A stretch of 64,000 nt of DNA from a virus (taxonomy: Duplodnaviria > Caudoviricetes). The stretch spans positions 17,785 through 81,784 of the IMG/VR virus record IMGVR_UViG_3300020336_000246. One strand, 5' to 3'. Both the position numbers and the translations under genes were made by a program. Shown one piece after another: positions 57,032-64,000 of this stretch (the stretch's first letter is position 1; every line of letters begins with the position of its first letter). Below the pieces are notes generated by a model. The model had not been told where the DNA came from. It saw only the letters and a list, made by a program, of their open reading frames with translations, and did not search any database.

Positions 57032-57736
57032 ATGGCTTTACAAACAATTAATATAGGAACACTAGCAAACGACGGAACAGGTGATGATCTGCGTGAAGCA
57101 TTTATTAAAGTTAATCAAAACTTTGATGATTTAGATCTTCGTTCACCAGAGTCAACAACTGTATCTAATTTAGGTAATACAGGTGAGGGTGTTTTTGCAC
57201 AAAAGGTTGGTTCAGCTTTACAATTAAAAAAATTAGTTCAAGGATCTAACGTAACACTAACTAGTTCTACTACAGGTATTACTATAAATGCTACAGGCGG
57301 ATTACAACAATTAAATGTTGTTTCTGATGTAGGAAGTATGCAGTTAGCAGATGGACAAACATTAAACATTCAAGGTGGAGCAGGTGCAAACACTAGTGTA
57401 AGTGGAAATATTTTAACAATTAATTCTACTGCTGATGTTGTATCAGACACTACACCACAATTAGGTGGAAACTTAGATGCTCAAGGAAATGATATTTCAA
57501 ATGTAAATACACTTACAGCAAGTAACTTTGCAGGTGCCTTAACTGGTAACGTACAAGGTTTAGTATACGGGGTTGATATTAGAAACATTGAACCTAATAC
57601 AGCTGGATTTGATTTTGGATCTTTAAGTAACGATGTTAGAGGTTTGTCAGATTGGTTAATATATCAAACTGATATTGACTTTGGTGCTATGTTAACACCA
57701 GATGCAAGATCCTTTGACGCAGGAGTAATAAGCTAA
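57032..57736 (+). CDS. Structural protein with gp9/gp10-like N-terminus
   Basis: MALQTINIG..ANDGTGDDLREAF.KVNQNF; SDTTPQLGGNLD motif. Confidence 0.78.
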   Translation: MALQTINIGTLANDGTGDDLREAFIKVNQNFDDLDLRSPESTTVSNLGNTGEGVFAQKVGSALQLKKLVQGSNVTLTSSTTGITINATGGLQQLNVVSDVGSMQLADGQTLNIQGGAGANTSVSGNILTINSTADVVSDTTPQLGGNLDAQGNDISNVNTLTASNFAGALTGNVQGLVYGVDIRNIEPNTAGFDFGSLSNDVRGLSDWLIYQTDIDFGAMLTPDARSFDAGVIS

Positions 57737-58611
57737 TGGCAACACTAACAGTAACATCAAACGGTTTACCTAATCCAGCACAATTTGGAAAGGCATTCGG
57801 TAATAACGCATTTTCACCAAGCGCCAATACAGCGGCGGCACAAACATATAACTATTCATTTACTTACAGAGGTGGAACTAATACGTCTAACCCACAATTA
57901 GTAACTGCTCTTACACCAATTGGAATTATGAACAATGGTGTTGTATTTTTTAGCCCATCAGCGGGAGTTGCCGCGGTACCTCCAGGACTAGATCCAAGTA
58001 CAGACGCACCAGGTACAGGGTTTGAATATAATGCTGTACAATTTAGAACAAACTATGGCGGAGATGATGCAGGTGGATGGCCAGAGCTTTCAGGACAATA
58101 TCATTATATGTCAGGACAGTTTTTAAACTTACCAACAGGTTCATCAGAAGCAAGTGCAGGCTGGAATACAGCAATGGTTACAGGTGCAACTCCGGCGGCA
58201 ACATATTATACAGCAAGTAACTTTAGTGGAGATCACTTTAGACACGCAGATGGACACAGTAAAATTTTAGGATATTGTTTTGACGGTTATCCTATTTACG
58301 GACCTTATGGTTATTCAGACTACAATGATCCATCATCAACAGTAGTTAGAATGACAAGCTCTTATCAATACTATTCAACAGAACCTACAGGTAGAGGTTA
58401 CTTGTACGGTGCCAAAACAGCAGGTACATTTGTTAACGATCATGAGTATCAAATTGGTACAGGTTTATTAGATGAATACAACGGTAGATTTGAAAAAACA
58501 CCAGAATATACTGCTGGTACATACTGTTATCATGTAACAGTAGATTCAAATTTACAGCCCGTATATCCATATATTGTTGGCCCTAGCACAAAACAACAAA
58601 GAGCATTTTAA
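57736..58611 (+). CDS. YHYH-domain protein
   Basis: GQYHY, HSKILGYCFDGYPIYGPYG, LDEYNGRF..TPEY..GTYCYHVT. Confidence 0.82.
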   Translation: MATLTVTSNGLPNPAQFGKAFGNNAFSPSANTAAAQTYNYSFTYRGGTNTSNPQLVTALTPIGIMNNGVVFFSPSAGVAAVPPGLDPSTDAPGTGFEYNAVQFRTNYGGDDAGGWPELSGQYHYMSGQFLNLPTGSSEASAGWNTAMVTGATPAATYYTASNFSGDHFRHADGHSKILGYCFDGYPIYGPYGYSDYNDPSSTVVRMTSSYQYYSTEPTGRGYLYGAKTAGTFVNDHEYQIGTGLLDEYNGRFEKTPEYTAGTYCYHVTVDSNLQPVYPYIVGPSTKQQRAF

Positions 58612-58655
58612 TAGCCATCACGATCCGATAAATACTGTAACAGTAAGGATTTGAT

Positions 58656-61600
58656 ATGGCAGTACCACAGTGGACACAAAATTCAGGATATAGACTAGCA
58701 ACTCTGCAAGAAAGAGTTACGACTTCTATCACTTTACCTATTGCTCCAGGTTCAGCAAGTGGAACAGGATTTGATCCAGGAACAACTTCTATCAGTCTTC
58801 CAGCTCAATCAAGAATACAAAATGCTACAAATATAGGTATTTCCAAAACTTGGACACAAGGTGGATCATCTGTAACATATGATTATCCTTTTGCTATTAG
58901 AATTCCAACAATACCTGCACTAACAAATAAACGTTTACCTGTTGCAATACTATTACATGGTAATGGTGGTAATGGTCCTAACGAAATTACTGCTTGGGAA
59001 AATTACTTAGGTGATCATATTCTTATTGCACCAACTGGTTATAATAATGCTTGGAACGTTGCACACGAAAATACAAAAGCACCAGACGTTGAAATGTTGC
59101 AAGACTTAATTACACAATTAACAAATTATTCAAACGTTGATAATACTAAAATTAGAATAGTAGGATTTAGTAATGGTGCGGCATTGGCTAATAGAGCATA
59201 CGTACAGATAGATGATACATCTTTGGATGTCGTTTGTACAATAGGAACACAATTCTTTGATCCTATGTTTAGAAATGATACATTTTATATTCCATCTGGA
59301 GAAACAGGTGTTACGACAGCAGAATACAATACTGCAAAGACTCCTTTAAAAGGAAGAAAGTTTTTAAACATACATGGTACAGCAGATACGGTCATTCCTT
59401 ACGCAGGAGGATCTCATGCGTTTGGATATAGTTTCTTAGAAGCCCAAAATAGTGTTTACCAAGTAGCGAAGTCACAAGGATACACAGGAGGAATCATTCC
59501 AGATGCTGGTGGTGTATATTATGGTGTTACCGGTGTTTACTATTATTCATATCTAGCAGGTCAGGTGCTACATTACAAAACAAATGCCGCACATGGCGTA
59601 GAAGATTATATGAAACAAATAGTAGGTAACCAATTAACATATACTCAAGCAAGTGCTCCAGACATATTTTTAGAATCTGGTTCTGTTACAGATATTAATT
59701 TAAACACAGATGTTATTACAGTTATTAGTGGATCATTACCAGATGGTATGCGTTTACTAGATAATAAAATTGTAGGAACACCTTTTGAAGTAGCAAGAGA
59801 TACAGACTACGAATTTGTTCTTAGAGCAAAAAACAATGATGGTACTAGAGATAGAACATTTAAGATTCAAGTACAAGGTGCTGACAATCCAGTATGGACA
59901 ACTAATACAGGTAAACTACCTTTAGGACCTAACAACAGTTTTTACATATTAGATAGTAGCATAGTTGACTTCCAATTAAGTGCCATTGATGCTGATTTAC
60001 CAACAGGACAAAGTTTAGAATATTTTATATCAGATGGTGACGGTACGCTACCTCCAGGAATAACGCTAACCACAGATGGTAAGCTAGTTGGTATTGTTGA
60101 TCCTATAATGGCCTTAGATGCTAGAAGCGGAAATGGATATTACGATCAAACACAATATGATACCTTTGCTTTTGATTATGGAATGAGAAGTGCAAACGGT
60201 TTTGAAAGTTACTACTATGATACTCAAGGTTATGACTACGCAATACCTACACAAAGTCCAAAGAAATTAAACAGGATATACGAGTTCACTGTAAGTGTTA
60301 GTGATGGCGATACTATTGAAAAACGTAAGTTTCAAATATTTTTAGTTGGAGATGATTTCCTACGTGCAGATAATACTATCATGCAGATAGGAACAGGAAT
60401 ATTTACTGCTGATAATACATATCTAAGAACGCCATTATGGTTAACTCCAGCAGACTTAGGTTACAAAAGAGCAAACAACTATGTAACAATATTTTTAGAA
60501 GTATTTGATCCTAATACACTTACTGGTGTATTGTCATATGAACTACAACAGAATAATGATGACGGTACAACAAGTACCATACCACCAGGAATGACAATAG
60601 ATCCAACAAGTGGTGAGATTGCAGGACGAGTACCTTATATGCCTGCGGTAACTAAAGAATATAAATTTACTGTATCAGCTAAAAGATATACAAGTATTAG
60701 CAAAGCATCTTTGATAGCTGAAAAACAAAAAACATTTACAATTAAAATATTAGGTGAAGTTGAAAGTACAATTACTTGGAATACTGCGGCGGCACTTGGT
60801 AGCATTAATGCAAACTTTATCAGTACATTTGCCGTAAGTGCTACAACAACAGTTTCAACATCATCATTGTTATATGATATTACAGCAGGAATTTTACCAC
60901 CAGGACTTGTATTAAATTATAATGGTGAGATAGTAGGTAAAGTAAGACAGTTTGCTAGTGGTACACTACTAGGACTAACAACTATTGATGGCAACGACTT
61001 TTCAATGGACGGTGGTACAACTACTACTGATAGAAAATTTAAGTTTACAATTCGAGCAAGGGATAGATTTGGATTTAGTGCTACTACAAGAGAATTCAAT
61101 ATTATAGTAAGCGATCCTGACAACATAACGTACAGCAATCTCTACGTAAAACCCCTTCTTAAAAGCACACAGAGGTCTGCATACAGCAACTTCATCGGTG
61201 ATCCTAATGTGTTTACACCCGCATCAATTTATAGACCAAACGATCCAGAATTTGGTTTACAGAAGCAGGTTAAGATGTTAGTTTATTCAGGATTGGAAAC
61301 AAAAGAGATTAGAGAATACATCGCGGCAACTAGAAAAAATCATAAAAGAAAAAGATTTAAAATGGGTGCAATAAAATCTGCGATAGCAAGAAAGACAGGA
61401 AGTACAGATACAATATACGAAGTTATATATGTTGAAGTTATTGATCCTAGTGATATAACATCAGGTGTTACTTCAGTGGCATCTAAACAAACTATTTTAA
61501 ATGACAGAAAAATTACTGTTGATAGTGTAGAGTACGAAACAGGAGATGATGCATCTAAAGAAGGTGCTGGATTGGCAGTATTTGAAATTACCAACTCAAT

Positions 61601-62147
61601 TGGTCAAACAGTATTAGTTAGAGCATTTGGAAATGATCTAAATATCCTATCTAGAAACGGTGGTAGTGTTACTATTGACGCTAATGGTATTATACAAGTA
61701 ACTACAAGAAGTGGTGCTGAACTAACAGCAGGACTAGTAGCTACAACATCAAGTGATCCATTTAGATTTAGACCGGACGGAACACCAATTAAGGTATCAA
61801 GTGATGCAGTTAAAATTAGTGATCCAAGTAGCCAAACTAGATACATTAGTAATATAACTAATATGAGAGAAAATTTAAGTAAAGTAGGAACTACAGAGCA
61901 AAACTTCTTACCATTATGGATGTCTACTGCACAGACCAATACTGTAGAAGAATTAGGCTATGTAAGTGCTATTCCGCTATGCTACTGTAAACCAGGTACA
62001 AGTGCCCAAATACTGTTAAATATACAGAATAATGGCTTTGATTTTAGACAGCTAGACTTTGAAATTGACAGATATGTTATTGATAACACCACTGGAAACA
62101 GCTTAGAGCAGTATATTCCGTTCGGGAATTACAGCTTTAATGTTTAG
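58656..62147 (+). CDS. Baseplate wedge-like protein (Ig/cadherin repeats) with an inserted alpha/beta-hydrolase domain
   Basis: SGSLPDG/LPPG Ig repeats; LHG, GFSNG, HGTAD and AAHG esterase motifs; C-terminal LPLWM...IPLCYCKPG. Confidence 0.8.
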   Translation: MAVPQWTQNSGYRLATLQERVTTSITLPIAPGSASGTGFDPGTTSISLPAQSRIQNATNIGISKTWTQGGSSVTYDYPFAIRIPTIPALTNKRLPVAILLHGNGGNGPNEITAWENYLGDHILIAPTGYNNAWNVAHENTKAPDVEMLQDLITQLTNYSNVDNTKIRIVGFSNGAALANRAYVQIDDTSLDVVCTIGTQFFDPMFRNDTFYIPSGETGVTTAEYNTAKTPLKGRKFLNIHGTADTVIPYAGGSHAFGYSFLEAQNSVYQVAKSQGYTGGIIPDAGGVYYGVTGVYYYSYLAGQVLHYKTNAAHGVEDYMKQIVGNQLTYTQASAPDIFLESGSVTDINLNTDVITVISGSLPDGMRLLDNKIVGTPFEVARDTDYEFVLRAKNNDGTRDRTFKIQVQGADNPVWTTNTGKLPLGPNNSFYILDSSIVDFQLSAIDADLPTGQSLEYFISDGDGTLPPGITLTTDGKLVGIVDPIMALDARSGNGYYDQTQYDTFAFDYGMRSANGFESYYYDTQGYDYAIPTQSPKKLNRIYEFTVSVSDGDTIEKRKFQIFLVGDDFLRADNTIMQIGTGIFTADNTYLRTPLWLTPADLGYKRANNYVTIFLEVFDPNTLTGVLSYELQQNNDDGTTSTIPPGMTIDPTSGEIAGRVPYMPAVTKEYKFTVSAKRYTSISKASLIAEKQKTFTIKILGEVESTITWNTAAALGSINANFISTFAVSATTTVSTSSLLYDITAGILPPGLVLNYNGEIVGKVRQFASGTLLGLTTIDGNDFSMDGGTTTTDRKFKFTIRARDRFGFSATTREFNIIVSDPDNITYSNLYVKPLLKSTQRSAYSNFIGDPNVFTPASIYRPNDPEFGLQKQVKMLVYSGLETKEIREYIAATRKNHKRKRFKMGAIKSAIARKTGSTDTIYEVIYVEVIDPSDITSGVTSVASKQTILNDRKITVDSVEYETGDDASKEGAGLAVFEITNSIGQTVLVRAFGNDLNILSRNGGSVTIDANGIIQVTTRSGAELTAGLVATTSSDPFRFRPDGTPIKVSSDAVKISDPSSQTRYISNITNMRENLSKVGTTEQNFLPLWMSTAQTNTVEELGYVSAIPLCYCKPGTSAQILLNIQNNGFDFRQLDFEIDRYVIDNTTGNSLEQYIPFGNYSFNV

Positions 62148-62180
62148 CAGGATAAATATATACACTAGAGAGGAACAAAA

Positions 62181-62747
62181 ATGGCAAGTAATATAGACGC
62201 AACCAGCATTGATGCAACATTTCCTATAGCAGGTCAAGACAACGACTCGCAGGGATTTAGAAATAACTTCAATACTGTTAAAAATAACTTTACAGCGGCA
62301 AAGAGTGAAATTGAAGCTCTTCAAACAAATACTGCAAAGCTAAATGCCGCAAACAACTTTCTAGGAAATGATGTTAGTGGTGCAAATTTAATTGCTAACA
62401 CGCAAAAATTATATGCAGGTGGAACAATTACAGGCCCACAAAACGTCAGCTTTACAAATGGTAATTATCAGACGTTTACTATTGGGAACAACCTTACACT
62501 TACATTTGCAGATTGGCCAACAGCAAACAAAGTAGGAAAAATAAGATTAGTCTTATTAGATACACTAGGCGACAGTACAACTAGAGTTGTAACTTGGGCA
62601 ACAACAGGTGGCGGAACTATTAAATATGGTCCTGGCTTTCCTAGCCCATTTAACGTTGCTTCAAATGTTAATCCAGTAGTAGTAGACTTTTGGACTGACG
62701 ATGGTGGAACTACTGTGTATGCAGAGTACGTTGGCGTATTTACTTAA
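62181..62747 (+). CDS. Structural protein
   Basis: AGQDNDSQGFRNNF motif; AGAGG RBS; follows TAAATA. Confidence 0.75.
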   Translation: MASNIDATSIDATFPIAGQDNDSQGFRNNFNTVKNNFTAAKSEIEALQTNTAKLNAANNFLGNDVSGANLIANTQKLYAGGTITGPQNVSFTNGNYQTFTIGNNLTLTFADWPTANKVGKIRLVLLDTLGDSTTRVVTWATTGGGTIKYGPGFPSPFNVASNVNPVVVDFWTDDGGTTVYAEYVGVFT

Positions 62748-62759
62748 TAGGTAATTATT

Positions 62760-62984
62760 ATGGATCATCCGCTAGGTGAAGATACCTCGGTTATGTCAGA
62801 CGAACAGATACAAGAAAAGATTAGTATGCTGACAAAAAAATATTTCCAAACTAGAAATCCGGAAGCCAAATCACAAATAAATTTAATGCTTGATATGTAC
62901 AAACTTGAGAGCAGGGATCGACTTTTGAAAAAACGAGCAAATGGATCCAATAATGATCTTGACAAATTAATCAACATCGAGTAA
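62760..62984 (+). CDS. Hypothetical protein
   Basis: 74-aa ORF; LDKLINIE C-terminus. Confidence 0.7.
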   Translation: MDHPLGEDTSVMSDEQIQEKISMLTKKYFQTRNPEAKSQINLMLDMYKLESRDRLLKKRANGSNNDLDKLINIE

Positions 62985-62987
62985 ACT
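62959..62987 (+). promoter_or_regulatory. Sigma70-type promoter for the DnaE-like fragment
   Basis: TTGACA-N17-TAAACT. Confidence 0.65.
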
Positions 62988-62993
62988 ATATAT

Positions 62994-63515
62994 ATGCTGA
63001 TGAAAACAGATAACCTAGGAATACCACGATTTACTAACAAGGATTTATTAGATATGATCTATACAGGTCATATTGATAAATGTCATGTGGTACTATGTGA
63101 TCCTAATGATGACATAGATAAATTTAATATTCATGCAAAAGAAAATGGAATTGATACACTTAAAAAGTATGTTCCAATTGATGTTGACAAAGACAAGTTT
63201 GATAAGACATTACAATCAGAATGGTTTATGCCAGAAGAATATAAGAACTTAGATATTGAAAACTATGTTATTGGTAAATGTAAAAACCCAGAAGAAATAG
63301 TAAGGGTAGAATCAGAATTAAGAGCTTTTGAAGAAAGAGATATGTATAACTTATTACGTTATATGGTTTATTTGGTAAGCTATATGCGTGATAACAACAT
63401 ACTATGGGGTGTAGGACGTGGATCTAGTACTGCTAGTTACGTTTTATATTTGATTGGAATACACAAGATAGACTCAATCCAGTTTGGACTAGACTGGCGT
63501 GAGTTCCTTAGATAA
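62994..63515 (+). CDS. Stand-alone fragment of DNA polymerase III alpha (DnaE) palm region
   Basis: RVESEL, GVGRGSS.ASYVLYLIGI.KID; stops at WREFLR*, before the PDxD catalytic motif. Confidence 0.75.
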   Translation: MLMKTDNLGIPRFTNKDLLDMIYTGHIDKCHVVLCDPNDDIDKFNIHAKENGIDTLKKYVPIDVDKDKFDKTLQSEWFMPEEYKNLDIENYVIGKCKNPEEIVRVESELRAFEERDMYNLLRYMVYLVSYMRDNNILWGVGRGSSTASYVLYLIGIHKIDSIQFGLDWREFLR

Positions 63516-63539
63516 ATACGTATATAATAGGAGAATGTT

Positions 63540-63956
63540 ATGGCAGTAAAACAAAGCGGTCGAAAGCAATATAAATCAATGCAAGGTAAAATGGTTGATA
63601 TGGATTTGCTTAGACAAAGAAATGAACTTACTCCGGCTGTAGGAAATGCTCGTGTAAATGCACGTGGCGATGAATTAGGTCCGGGTGGTAAGATCATCAA
63701 AAAACGTGAAGATGTTTTAGGTGAATACTATAGAGATCATCCACAAGCCGTTCCGAATGAAGTACCAGGAGAAGGTATTTCAGAACCAGATGCAGAAAGT
63801 AAAGATGCTATTAAAAAAGTAGCTGAAGAAACTGCACCAGCGGTAAAGGCGGACGAAGCAAGTGATGAGATGGCAGAGATCGATGCTGAAGCTGATGAAA
63901 CAGGTACAGCATGGGTAGAAGATGCCGATGGTAATTTTGTAAAAAAGGACAAGTAG
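63540..63956 (+). CDS. Hypothetical protein
   Basis: AGGAG RBS; AVGNARVNARGDELGPGGKII; acidic tail. Confidence 0.8.
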   Translation: MAVKQSGRKQYKSMQGKMVDMDLLRQRNELTPAVGNARVNARGDELGPGGKIIKKREDVLGEYYRDHPQAVPNEVPGEGISEPDAESKDAIKKVAEETAPAVKADEASDEMAEIDAEADETGTAWVEDADGNFVKKDK

Positions 63957-63959
63957 TTA

Positions 63960-64000
63960 ATGGACGCAACCACACTAGGTGCTGGGCCTAAGCTCAAACC
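63960..64000 (+). CDS. Partial ORF running off the window end
   Basis: ATG 63960, 3 nt after the upstream stop; MDATTLGAGPKLK... Confidence 0.45.
   Translation, partial: MDATTLGAGPKLK

Noticed and set aside
63513-63960. Frameshifted continuation of dnaE
   Set aside because: No PDxD-containing frame follows; the next ORF has its own TAAATA box, RBS and unrelated sequence
584-63997. Numerous short antisense or nested ORFs in the track (e.g. 584-784, 12839-13405, 35687-36031, 50623-51069)
   Set aside because: Lie opposite or inside well-supported genes and lack RBS or recognisable motifs
1-64000. Stop-codon reassignment
   Set aside because: TAA, TAG and TGA all end full-length conserved genes (nrdA TAG, pcyX TAG, ORF at 23742 TGA); coding density is high under the standard code
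1-64000. CRISPR array, integrase, transposase
   Set aside because: No regularly spaced repeats or recognisable mobile-element genes seen by eye

Overview
This window is a 64 kb AT-rich, gene-dense segment of a large T4-like (jumbo-type) myovirus genome, read in the standard genetic code. It probably infects a marine alphaproteobacterium. That host call is inferred from an alpha-type permuted tmRNA, a hemO/pcyX bilin cassette, a ROSE-like leader, and msmA-like and RT0821-like genes. Bases 1-33 kb and 37-43.9 kb hold nucleotide metabolism genes (nrdAB, glutaredoxin, guaC, queD, ligase, uvsE) and a translation/proteostasis set: two-piece tmRNA, five tRNAs, two bS21 genes, cspA, hsp20, clpS, clpP and an anticodon-domain-less Asp/AsnRS paralogue. 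They also hold many Fe/O2 enzymes. An inverted tail-fibre cassette lies at 33.1-37.1 kb, and a baseplate/fibre block with embedded enzymes at 43.9-63 kb. Two promoter classes are visible: host sigma70 TTGACA-N17-TATAAT types and late TAAATA boxes. The best candidate for an undescribed system is the block tRNA-Asp / truncated AsnRS-like gene / non-canonical long-variable-arm tRNA-Asn(GTT). Next come the phage two-piece tmRNA with a 29-codon tag, a Rieske-less MsmA-like oxygenase, and a halogenase embedded between hemO and pcyX. Family assignments come from recalled motifs, not database searches.
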